Shown: one piece after another, positions 39,810 to 50,281 of the stretch | How positions within the stretch are numbered: the first letter of the stretch is position 1 | Layout of the letters: the number at the start of each line of letters is the position of its first letter | NCBI GenBank assembly: GCA_045863335.1 | Contig: BTVY01000012.1 | Location: forward strand, 73,008 to 137,007 | Origin: Candidatus Hydrogenedentota bacterium | GTDB taxonomy: Bacteria > Hydrogenedentota > Hydrogenedentia > Hydrogenedentales > SLHB01 | Length of the DNA stretch: 64,000 bases | Reading direction: 5' to 3' | Notes under the pieces: model-generated | Told to the model about the DNA's origin: nothing | The model's input: only the letters and a program-made list of their open reading frames with translations | The model's database searches: none | Translations under genes and position numbers: made by a program

Positions 39810-40435
39810 AGCCACGGCATGTGAATCCCTCCGGCTTCACGATTCTAGAACTGTTGGTCGTCCTCGCCATCATGGCCGTGGTCACCGGCATCGGTTCCGT
39901 TGCTTTCGTGAAAATCACGGGACACTGGAACGGGCTTCGTCTTCGGACGGAGATGGATCGAAGTTGCGAGAATATCTTCGCGAGCATCCAACAGGATCTG
40001 AATTCCGTAATCCCTGCCTCGCTGACCCCGGTTCCGTTGACGGGGAAAGCCGATGCTGTGACAATGCCCGAGTTTTTTGGCATTCCTTTGGCCGACGATA
40101 CGCTGTCTATTCCCGTTCTCGCGCCGAATCAGGAGGGACGGCAGACTCCCGTTTTGGCCACGTATTCCGTGACGCGAGACGATTCCGGCGCCCCCCTGCT
40201 GGTTCGCGGCCAGCGTCCCGTAGATGCAGGTGAAGACGCCGAGTCCGCGATTACACTTGCCCGGGGGGTTCTTCAGTTTCGTGTGGAGTACGCAGACGGC
40301 GGAAAGTGGGTTGAGGGATGGACCAGTTCGTCGCTGCCTGCGGCGATCCGCGTCAGTTTGAACCTGGCGGTACCGGGCGATCCGCTCCGCGAACAGGTTT
40401 CCCGCGTCCAGGTCTTTCCGGTGCAAGTCCAGTGA
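39806..40435 (+). CDS. prepilin-type (GspJ-like) minor pseudopilin
   Basis: G|FTILELLVVL and C-terminal W..W....LPAAIRVSL; ATGA overlap with the upstream gene. Confidence 0.85.
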   Translation: MKPRHVNPSGFTILELLVVLAIMAVVTGIGSVAFVKITGHWNGLRLRTEMDRSCENIFASIQQDLNSVIPASLTPVPLTGKADAVTMPEFFGIPLADDTLSIPVLAPNQEGRQTPVLATYSVTRDDSGAPLLVRGQRPVDAGEDAESAITLARGVLQFRVEYADGGKWVEGWTSSSLPAAIRVSLNLAVPGDPLREQVSRVQVFPVQVQ

Positions 40436-40443
40436 GGAACGTC

Positions 40444-41466
40444 ATGACGCTATCGAAGACGAGACGCAACGACGAAGGTGCCGCTCTGATTACGGTCCTG
40501 GGCCTGCTGGTCGTGTTCATGATGTTGGGCACCGCCTGGGTCGGGTACATGATGGTCGAACACCAGGAGACCGATTGGAACGTCAACGGACTCCACGCCA
40601 CCCACGCGGCTCAAGGCGGCATCAATGCCGGTATCGCCGCCGTACAATCGGCAATTGCCGAAGGGACGTCTCCCAAACTGAATGATCGGATCGAGCTCGA
40701 GATTCCTGTGTACCGGGAGAATACCGCTGACACCGGCGTGCCGGCCGCATCGGACCGGCGCGTTTGCCGCGTAAGCGTGCGGTTAATGGACGAGGCTGCT
40801 CGCGTCAATATCAATCACGCGCCACCGAACGTATTGCGCGAGATCCTTCAAGTCGATGGGGAGAAGGCCCGGCAGATTCGCAGCAGCCTTCCGCGTACCG
40901 AAGAAGCCGCGGGCGAAGGAGATGAAGTGCGGCGGTGGTTCAGCAGCGTCGACGAATTGGTGACGCGCGGCTTTCTGGCGCCCGAAGCGCTCTCGGAAGA
41001 CATGGCCGGCATGTTGACGGTATACACTGTGCCGGATCCGGCGAATGCCCACGGGTACATGAACGTGAATACGGCGCCGGCTCGGGTACTTCAGGCGCTT
41101 CTCAATATCACGCCTGAAACCGCGACCCAAGTTGCGAATGCGCGGCCTTTTGGCGACGTCACGGAACTAAGCGCGGCGGCCGGTAAAGACCCCGCCGCGT
41201 TCAACGTACGGCCCGCGCCCGACGCGCTCAACACGCTGCCTCCGGAATTGAGCTTCTCGTCGCGGTGCTACCGGATCCTGAGCACTGCGGAACTCGTCGA
41301 CACGCAAGCGGCCGATGCGAGCGTCCCCGTGGCTACGGTGACGATCGAAGCAGTTGCGTGCGTGGACGATCAAGGCAATACCCGTATCATGTACTGGAAC
41401 GAGTCAGCCGGGCGCGATTCCGCGGAACCCAGCGAGGAACCAGAGCCCGAGGCTCCAGCGGCCTAG
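40444..41466 (+). CDS. GspK/PilX-like pseudopilin with helix-hairpin-helix domains
   Basis: G|AALITVL (no Glu5), DEAARVNINHA and MNVNTAPARVLQAL motifs. Confidence 0.85.
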   Translation: MTLSKTRRNDEGAALITVLGLLVVFMMLGTAWVGYMMVEHQETDWNVNGLHATHAAQGGINAGIAAVQSAIAEGTSPKLNDRIELEIPVYRENTADTGVPAASDRRVCRVSVRLMDEAARVNINHAPPNVLREILQVDGEKARQIRSSLPRTEEAAGEGDEVRRWFSSVDELVTRGFLAPEALSEDMAGMLTVYTVPDPANAHGYMNVNTAPARVLQALLNITPETATQVANARPFGDVTELSAAAGKDPAAFNVRPAPDALNTLPPELSFSSRCYRILSTAELVDTQAADASVPVATVTIEAVACVDDQGNTRIMYWNESAGRDSAEPSEEPEPEAPAA

Positions 41467-41499
41467 GCGAGCGTTAGACCCAAGGGAGGATTACTGATC

Positions 41500-42762
41500 A
41501 TGGCCACGAAAGGCGATAAGCCTGCGGCAGGCGGCATCAAACGGGTACCCCGCGGCACCAAGAAGGCGGGGGGCCGCAAATCGACAGCGAAAGCCACCTT
41601 CGATCTGGATGAGGCCGCCGAATCCGCCGAGGCGGCTCCCGTAGCTTCGCGCTCATTCACGAGCAGCGGGTTTTTCGCGACCGGCTTGGGCCCGATCCCG
41701 GAACGGGACATCACCGACGTGTTGCGCCAATTGATTATGCTCCTTGATGCGGGCACGCCCTTGCTCAAATCGCTCCAGATTCTCGCGCAGCGCAGTGAAC
41801 GGGCCCGGGTCCGCGCCTTGCTCGCCGACATCGGCAGTTTCGTGGAAAACGGCAATGCCCTGTGGCAGGCCTTTGAACGGCATCCCAACCAGTTCGATCC
41901 GGTATTTGTGAACCTCGTCAAAGCCAGCGAAGCGAGCGGTACCTTGACCACCGTGCTCAAACGCCTGATCGCCTACCGCGAACGCCGGGACATGCTGAAA
42001 CGGCGCATGCGCGGGGCATTGTGGTACCCCGTGGTACTGGTCGCGGTTTGCGCGCTCGTCCTCTTGCTTATCGCCAAGGTGGTTATTCCGCAGTTCCAGG
42101 AAATCTTCGCCAAACTCGATATCGCGGACAAGCTGCCCTGGTATACCACGACCCTGATTTCGACCGTCGAGACCCTGAGTTCGTGGCAAATCGTCGTGCC
42201 GGTGCTGGTCGCCCTGGTGGCCATCGTCGTCGTCTACAAAATCGTGGTGCGAGTCAGCCCCTTGTGGCGCATACGGGCGGACCGCTGGAAGATGCGTATC
42301 CCGCGCATAGGCCACTCTATCGTGCGCAAGCGCGCCGTCGTGGATTTCACCCGCTCGCTCTCCCTGCTCCTGCGCAGCGGCCTTTCCATGATGGTTACGC
42401 TCGATCTCGTTCGAAACGTAATCCACAATAAGGCGATGGCCCATTCGCTTCAGGCGGTCCGCGACAGCGTGGAACGGGGCGAGGGAATCGAAGAACCCAT
42501 GCGCGACGCGAAGGGCATCTTCCCGCCGGTCGTCGTAGACATGCTGGTCACGGGTGAAGAATCGGGACAATTGGACGATATTGCCGAACATATCGCCGAA
42601 ACCTACGAAGAAGAGCTGAACATCACCATCGGTACGTTGGGGGAAATGCTCCAACCCATTCTGACCATTATTATCGGTCTCGTGGTCATGGTGCTCTTCC
42701 TGGCCCTGTTCGTGCCCATGATTACGATGTTGAACGAGATCGGAAACAGCGCGGGGACCTAA
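41500..42762 (+). CDS. type II secretion system F / PilC inner-membrane platform protein
   Basis: RQLIMLLDAGTPL, ASEASGTL, YPVV and GEESGQLD motifs; two T2SSF repeats. Confidence 0.92.
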   Translation: MATKGDKPAAGGIKRVPRGTKKAGGRKSTAKATFDLDEAAESAEAAPVASRSFTSSGFFATGLGPIPERDITDVLRQLIMLLDAGTPLLKSLQILAQRSERARVRALLADIGSFVENGNALWQAFERHPNQFDPVFVNLVKASEASGTLTTVLKRLIAYRERRDMLKRRMRGALWYPVVLVAVCALVLLLIAKVVIPQFQEIFAKLDIADKLPWYTTTLISTVETLSSWQIVVPVLVALVAIVVVYKIVVRVSPLWRIRADRWKMRIPRIGHSIVRKRAVVDFTRSLSLLLRSGLSMMVTLDLVRNVIHNKAMAHSLQAVRDSVERGEGIEEPMRDAKGIFPPVVVDMLVTGEESGQLDDIAEHIAETYEEELNITIGTLGEMLQPILTIIIGLVVMVLFLALFVPMITMLNEIGNSAGT

Positions 42763-42788
42763 GAACTCGTCTCCGTGTATGACGGTCC

Positions 42789-42826
42789 CCGGGGGGCGTT
42801 GCGTTGCAGCGCCCCCCGGTTCTTTT
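42789..42826 (+). terminator. intrinsic terminator
   Basis: CCGGGGGGCGTTGC-GTT-GCAGCGCCCCCCGG followed by TTCTTTT. Confidence 0.8.
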
Positions 42827-42917
42827 GGTATCCTGCCGTCCTTCGGTAACGCGCCAGGGGGTCCGTTCCAGACGCCCCCCCGTTGCCTGTGGCGCTTCAA
42901 GCAGGAGGGACTGATCC

Positions 42918-44438
42918 GTGACGATTGCGCAACTTCTCGATGAACGGGCGCGCGAACTGGGCGACAAAACATATCTCATGTGCGAGGGCGAGGAATTGAC
43001 CTACGCCCAGGTCAACGAGAACGCGCGGCGCGTGGCGGGCAACTTGGCCGCCCGGGGCATCGGCAAAGACGCCAAGATCGTACTGCTGATGGGAAACTGC
43101 GTGGAGTTCGTATCCGTCTTCCTCGGCGCAGGACGGATCGGCGCCGTGGTCGTTCCCGTGAATCCCATGTTAAAGCCCGCGGAACTGGCGCACATCGTCA
43201 ACAACTCCGACGCGGAGACCATCATCACCATTCCCGAGTTTGCACCCCTCCTCCAACAGGCGGGCGCGCTGTTTCCCCGCGTTACTCGTTTTTTTGTCGT
43301 CGGCGGAACCTGTGAAGGCGCGGAGCCATTCGATGTACTGATGAAACCCGTCTCCGGCGACGATACGTTCGCCGCCGATGCGACGGACGATGCCGCGCTC
43401 ATCTATACGTCCGGCACCACCGGCCAGCCCAAAGGCGTCATTCTGACCCACCGCAACTACCTGGCGAACGCGCGCATGCTGGTGCATGTGATTGCCATGG
43501 GTCCCACAGACCGCTTTCTACTGGTGTTGCCGCTATTCCACGTCAACGCCCAGGTCGTCTCGATCCTCGCCCCGCTCATGGCCCGCGCGGACGTGGTCAT
43601 CATGAAGAAGTTCAATCCGTTCGGAATCCTCCCGGCCATCGAAGCCTACCGGACGACGATCATGAGCGCAGTGCCGACCATCTACAACATCATCTGCCGC
43701 TTGATGCGCGCCGAACCGCGCGACATCAGTTCCATGCGCCTCTTCGCCTCGGGCGCGGCGCCCTTGCCCGAACACACCTACCTGGAGACCCAGGCAGTAC
43801 TCCAGAAACCTCTGGTCATGGGATACGGCCTCACGGAAGCCACGTGCGCCAGCGCCGCGGCGGACGAAAGAGATCCGATCAAATGGAATTCGGTCGGACC
43901 TCCGTTGCGCTACACCAGCATCCGCATCGTCGATGAGAACGGCGCGGATGTCCCTTACGGCGAGGTAGGCGAGATCCTGGTCGCCGGCCCGACCGTTATG
44001 AAGGGCTACTACAAGGACCCCGACGCCACCCGCGAAGTCCTGCAGAACGGCTGGCTGAAGACCGGCGACTTGGGCCGGTTCGATGAAGACGGCTATCTCT
44101 ACATTGTTGGCCGGCTAAAAGACTTGATCATCCGTGGCGGCCAGAACATCTATCCCACCGAGGTCGAGAATGTGTTGTCGACCTACCCCGGTGTCGAGGA
44201 GTGCGCGGTGGTGGGCGTCGACGATGCGCAATGGGGACAGGAAGTTCTCGCCACTATCAAGGTTGTCGACGGACAATCCATCGACCCCGTTACCGTGATG
44301 GACTATTGCCGGGAGCGCATGGCGTCCTATAAGTGTCCCCGGATCGTTCGCTTTGTGGCCGAGCATCCGAAGACTGCAACCGGCAAGATCAAAAAGGCGG
44401 AAATCGCGGAGGCATTCGCGACGGGAGCGCTATCTTGA
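42918..44438 (+). CDS. long-chain acyl-CoA synthetase / AMP-binding enzyme
   Basis: YTSGTTGQPKG, GYGLTE, TGDLG, GRLKDLIIRGG and PKTATGK motifs. Confidence 0.93.
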   Translation: MTIAQLLDERARELGDKTYLMCEGEELTYAQVNENARRVAGNLAARGIGKDAKIVLLMGNCVEFVSVFLGAGRIGAVVVPVNPMLKPAELAHIVNNSDAETIITIPEFAPLLQQAGALFPRVTRFFVVGGTCEGAEPFDVLMKPVSGDDTFAADATDDAALIYTSGTTGQPKGVILTHRNYLANARMLVHVIAMGPTDRFLLVLPLFHVNAQVVSILAPLMARADVVIMKKFNPFGILPAIEAYRTTIMSAVPTIYNIICRLMRAEPRDISSMRLFASGAAPLPEHTYLETQAVLQKPLVMGYGLTEATCASAAADERDPIKWNSVGPPLRYTSIRIVDENGADVPYGEVGEILVAGPTVMKGYYKDPDATREVLQNGWLKTGDLGRFDEDGYLYIVGRLKDLIIRGGQNIYPTEVENVLSTYPGVEECAVVGVDDAQWGQEVLATIKVVDGQSIDPVTVMDYCRERMASYKCPRIVRFVAEHPKTATGKIKKAEIAEAFATGALS

Positions 44439-44493
44439 CGGAAAGGGACTTCGGCGCAACCGGGTGCTGCCGTATTCGGGAAGTATTTTGATC

Positions 44494-44529
44494 AATAAGA
44501 ATGCCGCCCCCTCAATCGAGGGGGCGGCA
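44494..44529 (-). terminator. intrinsic terminator, possibly bidirectional
   Basis: TGCCGCCCCCTC-AATC-GAGGGGGCGGCA 12-bp stem between convergent genes, with a T-rich tail on the minus strand. Confidence 0.8.
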
Positions 44530-44555
44530 GCGTTGTTCAAGACGGGGTCGTGTTT

Positions 44556-46187
44556 CTACTGCTGCGGAGCCGGACGCGCGCCCGGCGCCCCTCCCGTGGC
44601 AGCTTGGCTCTTCTGAAGCTCCTCGTACTGCACCTTGGCCCGTTCCGCGTCCTCGACCTTGCTGCGCGCCTCTTCGATGAGCTTTTGCTTCTGTTCCGCA
44701 TCCGGGCCTTCTTGATCCGGCACGACGTTCAGCACGGTCTCCACACCGGTATACCGGCTCATGGCTTCCTCGAATTTCTTGTCTTCAACCAGCCGGTCGC
44801 CTTCATCAATCATGTCCTGGGCCTGGTCCAACACGCGCCGAATGATTCGGCTAATCATTCGATTGGCGGTATCAATGTTGTCTTTGGCCGCCTGGGCCTG
44901 TTCCGAGAACTCAGGCGTGACCAACTCCAGCACCAAGATGGCTTGTTCGTACTTCGCCAAAGCATCTTCGTTCTGCTCGGTGGCAAAGCTTGCTTCGGCT
45001 TCGCGCAAGACCGCCTCGCCTTTCGCAACCGTTTGGATCGCCATTTGCTGGCGTTCGTTCCGCTCGGTAATCGCAACCTGCGTCTCGTTGATCAGATTCG
45101 CCGCTTCCTCGTCGGCACGATTGTATTCCAACGCGCGGGTAAAGGCATTCAGCGCCAACTGCAGGGTCTCGCTGGGCGCGTCCGGCTCGGACGCCTTGTC
45201 AAATAATTCCTTGCCCTGATCGAGATAGTGATTCGCCAGCTTGCCCAGGATGCGCTTGCGGTGAGGCCCGTTCATCGCCAGCGACGCGTCCCACTCTTGC
45301 ACCGCACGTTCGCGGGCCTCTTGAGTTCCAAACTCGTAAAACGCATCGCCAATCCGCTCATAGACACTCTGGTCGGTCGAATGCAGCTCCGACAGTCTGC
45401 GGTATGCCTTCTCCGCTTCGAGCAGATTCTTCTTTTCCGTCAGAAGATATTCGATCTCGCTGACAACATATGACACGACCGACTTGCCCGACGGGTCCAT
45501 GTCGCTGGCGTCACCTTCCGAGCGAAGCACGGTGTACCAGCAGTCCGCCACGGCGACCACGGCATTCTCGAAGAACGCCTGCCCGCCCTGCGTCATGAAC
45601 CCTTCATAGCCCCGGCCGATCTGGTAGTCCGCTAGAATCAAGGTCTTCGCATCATCGAAAAACTGCTGCTTCTCGCGGAAGTACAGCGTTGGATTTCGGA
45701 CGTACTCAAGATGCTTCGGGCGGGAAGTCATGTGATAGCTCTTCAAATGACCGTCGATGTCCTCGCTGATTTGCTCCAGCAACCGCTGGCTCTGGGCGTC
45801 GTACTCGAAGGAGTATGGCAACATGACGTCCGACACCAGTCCGGCAAGGACGCCCATCCGATAGCTGAAATAGCTGCCTACGCCGTACTGACGCACTTCC
45901 CGCAGGACCTGGATTTCCGTGCCCACCGCGTTGATCGCTTCCATGCGCGAGCCTAAAGGAATCCCTGCCAGCTCGCTTCGGTAGTTTACCGCCCCTCGCA
46001 ACACGTCGGACTCATAACTGATGTCGGCGCTTTTGAAAGGATTGTTGTAGAGTTGGCTCAGCACCTGAAAGGCCGTGGCCACTATGGACTTCTGCGCCGT
46101 GGGGCCCCAAGCCCCCGCTTCGGTGGCGACAAGCCCCAAACTCATTCCGGCTACGATGATGAATCTTGACAGAAACCTGCACGTCAT
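44556..46187 (-). CDS. secreted protein: S1/P1 nuclease-phospholipase C-like N-terminal domain (degenerate) plus TPR-like helical C-terminal domain
   Basis: Signal peptide AGA|WGPTAQ, MGVLAGLVSDVMLPY and TPR-like YERIGDAFY and AFTRALEY segments. Confidence 0.65.
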   Translation of the reverse strand: MTCRFLSRFIIVAGMSLGLVATEAGAWGPTAQKSIVATAFQVLSQLYNNPFKSADISYESDVLRGAVNYRSELAGIPLGSRMEAINAVGTEIQVLREVRQYGVGSYFSYRMGVLAGLVSDVMLPYSFEYDAQSQRLLEQISEDIDGHLKSYHMTSRPKHLEYVRNPTLYFREKQQFFDDAKTLILADYQIGRGYEGFMTQGGQAFFENAVVAVADCWYTVLRSEGDASDMDPSGKSVVSYVVSEIEYLLTEKKNLLEAEKAYRRLSELHSTDQSVYERIGDAFYEFGTQEARERAVQEWDASLAMNGPHRKRILGKLANHYLDQGKELFDKASEPDAPSETLQLALNAFTRALEYNRADEEAANLINETQVAITERNERQQMAIQTVAKGEAVLREAEASFATEQNEDALAKYEQAILVLELVTPEFSEQAQAAKDNIDTANRMISRIIRRVLDQAQDMIDEGDRLVEDKKFEEAMSRYTGVETVLNVVPDQEGPDAEQKQKLIEEARSKVEDAERAKVQYEELQKSQAATGGAPGARPAPQQ

Positions 46188-46860
46188 GGTCTACCTCGTT
46201 CGTTTCGGGCTCATCACCCAAGCGCGACTGCGGTTTTGTTTCGTTCCAGCCCCTCGTGCGCGACCACTGCCACGCTCTACGAAGGGGTATTCCCCGAATC
46301 ACGATGGCCCCGGCCGCACTTCCACCGGACTCATCCAACTCAACGCAAGAAACCCCGATCTGACGGAACCCGGGCCGACTTCGCGATCGCTCACAACTGC
46401 GTGCCAGCGCCTGCCAAGTTTCTACCCGCCAGTCGATAGGAGAATATCATACCCCATCTGCTGCCTTGAATTCCTGTGCCACGGCCTGCGCCCGCGCCGT
46501 AGCCGGCAATGCCTCGGCCGTGGGGAAAACGTCCCGCTGCCCCGCCGTCGGCCACCCCGTTACCGCGCGTACTCTGGTGCGCTCCCGTTCCCCGAATCCG
46601 CAATTCTCGCACGTACACCCTGTCCGGCCGGGCTTCCCCGTGTTCCCGTGTAAATACGGTCACACTGGCGAGTCCGAATTGCGCTCGGCTGTGCGCGACA
46701 GAAACCCGGGCTAACCCTCTGCCAAACAGTAGCATATGCATCCCGGGCCGTCAACAATGCCTGTCGACCGGCAGCCAATGGAAATGCGCGGAATTCGGAC
46801 CCAGTGGGCCAAATCCCGCGCAGTGTTACAGCCTACCGGCATGGACTACAGCCCTTCCGG

Positions 46861-47958
46861 CTAGAATGTTGTGATGTTCAACCCGTCATACAGCGGATCG
46901 CTTGGGTAATACCAGAACCGCGGTTCGTAAGGCGTGCCCGGAAGGCGGTTTCCGCACCAAGGCGGCACGTTTAGCAGCGGCCAGTTATCATAGACGTTCG
47001 CCTGGAGGAACAACACGAAGTCCTGCGTGTACGGTAACTCGACCCGGAAGAAGTCGTTCTCGTATTTCTTGGCTTCCACGTGGCCATCGAGGTACAGGAC
47101 ATTTCCGCCGCTTGGCTCGTGGTTCATGATAATTCGCCCGTTCTCCGTAAACGAGTCGAACATGACCGGAATCTGAGAATCGGCGACGGAGCTGTTGGCG
47201 GGGTTGTTGATGTCGGTAATAAACAGGCGGCCCGCACCGATTCGCGTGCGATAAAAAGTGTTTCCGCCGCCAGGGCCATGCCCGCCCGGAACGCTGAGAT
47301 CGCGATTCATGAAATTGGTTTCTGCGAGCCACATCCGCCGGTAAATCTCGTCAAAGAGAAACAGGCCCTGCTCCTCCGTCACAACAGAGTACGGCAAGTA
47401 CGTGTACATCTGGCTTGTCATACATTCCCAGTCGGTCCGCAAGCCCAGTAGCCGTACACGACTCCAGAACTCCGGATCGCCATCGAGCGGGTCCGAGGAA
47501 ACGCCGTTGAAGAATTGCGGCGTGATGTGCTCCGGCGAAAACGTTTCGTCCTGGTACCAACGATCCCTGTCGCTGGGAGTGTGGGCACCCAGGCCCGACG
47601 GGCACACCAGCACGCGGACATCAGTCAGATAATCCGGAAAAATGGACTTCGCGTCCATGATGAAATTGTTGCGTACCATCTGCATGGGATAGTTGAAGGT
47701 CGGATTCGGCGGAATGTACTGCGCCTCGCCCCAGAAATGGTTCGGCGCTCCCGGAGGGTATGAATCCGAACTCTCGTTGGCGTACATCATGAACGCCAAA
47801 CCCATCTGCTTGAGATTGTTCTGGCAGCTCGCCTTGCGTGCCGCTTCGCGCGCACGCGCCAGAACCGGCAGCAGAAGTGCCGCGAGGATACCGATGATGC
47901 TGATAACGACGAGCAGTTCGATCAGCGTGAAACCTCGTGAATACCGCTTGCGCTTCAT
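46861..47958 (-). CDS. DUF1559 prepilin-type protein with C-terminal H-X9-DG motif
   Basis: G|[38 protein letters not shown] and [16 protein letters not shown] motifs. Confidence 0.92.
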   Translation of the reverse strand: MKRKRYSRGFTLIELLVVISIIGILAALLLPVLARAREAARKASCQNNLKQMGLAFMMYANESSDSYPPGAPNHFWGEAQYIPPNPTFNYPMQMVRNNFIMDAKSIFPDYLTDVRVLVCPSGLGAHTPSDRDRWYQDETFSPEHITPQFFNGVSSDPLDGDPEFWSRVRLLGLRTDWECMTSQMYTYLPYSVVTEEQGLFLFDEIYRRMWLAETNFMNRDLSVPGGHGPGGGNTFYRTRIGAGRLFITDINNPANSSVADSQIPVMFDSFTENGRIIMNHEPSGGNVLYLDGHVEAKKYENDFFRVELPYTQDFVLFLQANVYDNWPLLNVPPWCGNRLPGTPYEPRFWYYPSDPLYDGLNITTF

Positions 47959-48194
47959 AGCAATCGCCCCTTCCTGATATGTCGTGTCGAGGCGGACAGC
48001 GCGCCCCACACGTTTCGCACCGCAAGGCAACCTACGGCCAGAACCGCTTCTTGTGTTCATCCTCAGCCTATCACTGGGACGCAACGCTGTCAACGGTTTT
48101 CCAGGATGGTACAAGGTGCCTGAAGCACTGAGCTTACCAGCAAACGAAATGTTGACCGTGTTTGCCGCAATATGATAGCATTCCGCTTCGCGGT

Positions 48195-48271
48195 GGGCGA
48201 CTAGCTCAGGTGGTTAGAGCGCCGTCTTCACACGGCGGAGGTCGCTGGTTCGAGCCCAGCGTCGCCCACCA
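48195..48271 (+). tRNA. tRNA-Val (CAC)
   Basis: GGGCGAC/GTCGCCC acceptor stem, CCGTC-TTCACAC-GGCGG anticodon arm, GGTTCGAGCCC T-arm and encoded CCA. Confidence 0.95.
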
Positions 48272-48344
48272 TCTAAACAACCTCACACAAATAACTTACA
48301 CCACCGCAACGCATACCCATCTGAAGCATCTCCCCGATAAGGGG

Positions 48345-48707
48345 TCACCCTCCTTCGGGCGCATCATCCGGCTCGCTTCGTGGAATTGCATCGAAACTAC
48401 GAATCCGCTTCCGGGTCTGCTCGGAAAAACTTTCGAGATCGGCGTCCGTCAACAGGCCCATCCTTCGCATGATGATAAGTTGGATCTCCGCCGTCGAACG
48501 CCGGAAGTCGTCGAAGGCGTTTGCCAACTCGCCGTCGCGCTCCTCGATCAACTTGGACACGCGGAGATACCGCTCATGCGCAGTCCCGTCGGTCGATGTA
48601 ACTGCGACGGCAATCTCTTCGAGCACGCGCGCACAGAACCGCTCGAGCAGTTCCGCATGCACGAGCTTGAATTGACGCCAGTCACGTTCCGGTATTTGTG
48701 TTGACAT
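48345..48707 (-). CDS. conserved hypothetical helical protein
   Basis: IPERDWRQFK...LERFCARVL...HERYL...FDDFRRS...FSEQT resembles a small widespread protein family, recalled rather than searched. Confidence 0.7.
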   Translation of the reverse strand: MSTQIPERDWRQFKLVHAELLERFCARVLEEIAVAVTSTDGTAHERYLRVSKLIEERDGELANAFDDFRRSTAEIQLIIMRRMGLLTDADLESFSEQTRKRIRSFDAIPRSEPDDAPEGG

Positions 48708-48942
48708 TATCGCACCCGTTTGTTGAAGAGCCGACGGTACACCGTCCCCCAGCAATCCCGTTGTTCGGCGCGGTCAGTGTTCTTCGATTTCTTGGGAAAC
48801 CTGGCCGACACGAGGTACACCCCGATACCGAGTTTGAGCGACGCCTTAACACTCGCGAGCACTTTGTGACGGAGAAATGCTCGCGGTTTCAAGAGAACTG
48901 ATTGACAATAATCCAACATCGCGTTCGGCCGGCCGTACTTGC

Positions 48943-50067
48943 TCACCACCGCCCGCAAAACGCGTCAAACAACGCATCCAACTCCTCCGGCGTCAACCCG
49001 CCGCCGGGGACGATGCAGAGTCCTTCGGGTTTGAGCGCCGCGCTGAATTCGAGGACTTCATGCGCCGGGACGAAGACATAAAGGGATCGGCCGCGTTCCT
49101 GGATCTTCTTGAACATGGGGATCCAGGCCAGCGCGGACGGCGAGCCTTCGCCGGGGGTGAACTGGATAGCCTGGATGTCGGGCACTTCGAGCAGGGCGTC
49201 GATGTGGCGGGCGGCGCCGGGACCGTCAAGATGAAAGACCGCCCCGCCGATGGCGGCGGATTGGCGCGCGATGTCGGGGAGGCAAATGCTGTTGAACTGC
49301 TCCGGGCCGATGAGGAAGTTGAAGTCGCAGGCGGGCACGTAATACGGCCGGTTCGACCAGATTTCGAGCCAGTGAATGAGCCCCGCCCCATGGCCGAGCG
49401 CGATCCGGTATAGCGTCGTGAATGCCTCGTGCCACGCGGGATAGATGGCGTCGATCGCATCGCGGACGATCTCCGGACGCGTGATGGCGTCGAGACAGAG
49501 CCCCGATGAGCCTCGCAGGTTCAACAGCACGTCGGCGGACGCGCCGAGGTCCGGCGTGCAGACGAGATAGCGCCCGGCCGCATCCTGCGCGGTCAGGTCA
49601 GTCAGATCCCGTAGCGTTTTCCACCAAGGGTTCGATTCGTCGAGTTGCCAGTCCGGCGCGTTCGACCAATCGTCATCGATGAAGGCGTGGGTCCACGCCG
49701 TGTCCGCACCGAATTCCAGCTTGCCGCCCAGCATCGCGCCGAGAAACACAGGGCCAAAATCCGTACGGATGTAGGGAAGTTTATCGCCCACGCGGTGAAT
49801 CTGGCGCAGGTCTTCCAGCTTCGCTTCGAGCCACGCGGACGGTTCGGACAAGAGATCCAACCGGCGCGTGATAGGCCGCCCCGGGTTGCCGTTCGCCGCG
49901 CCGAGAAAAAGCGGGCGGTCGATTGCGTCGTGATTCCACCACGCTTCAAATCGTTCCGCAATGCGCGGGAAATCTTCGCAGAACTCTATCGGCTGCGATG
50001 CGATGCCTTCCAAACCCTGTGCCCACGCGGAAAGCTCGTCAAGTGGATCATGCGCCATCGTATTCAT
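48943..50067 (-). CDS. uroporphyrinogen decarboxylase / cobalamin methyltransferase (MtaA/CmuA)-like TIM-barrel protein
   Basis: RFEAWW...DRP, CDF, FHLDGPGA and IQFTPGEG motifs; GGGGGAG RBS. Confidence 0.72.
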   Translation of the reverse strand: MNTMAHDPLDELSAWAQGLEGIASQPIEFCEDFPRIAERFEAWWNHDAIDRPLFLGAANGNPGRPITRRLDLLSEPSAWLEAKLEDLRQIHRVGDKLPYIRTDFGPVFLGAMLGGKLEFGADTAWTHAFIDDDWSNAPDWQLDESNPWWKTLRDLTDLTAQDAAGRYLVCTPDLGASADVLLNLRGSSGLCLDAITRPEIVRDAIDAIYPAWHEAFTTLYRIALGHGAGLIHWLEIWSNRPYYVPACDFNFLIGPEQFNSICLPDIARQSAAIGGAVFHLDGPGAARHIDALLEVPDIQAIQFTPGEGSPSALAWIPMFKKIQERGRSLYVFVPAHEVLEFSAALKPEGLCIVPGGGLTPEELDALFDAFCGRW

Positions 50068-50281
50068 GAAACTCCCCCCATATGCCCCAAGAGTCAGCCC
50101 CCTCAAACTCTTTCAGGCTCTCCCCATGGTGTTGTATCGGCGTCCGGAGAGTCAATTTCAACGCGCGAACCCACGCAAATGCTTGCGACGTGTTTTGATT
50201 GGGACCACGATGCCATGATAAGGAATCAGGGACAGGAGCGCGCCCACGGCTCGCGCGAACTGGAACGGAGGGAAAGTTGGC

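Noticed and set aside
48707-48958. 83-aa minus-strand ORF
   Set aside because: No RBS or motif; overlaps neighbouring gene ends.
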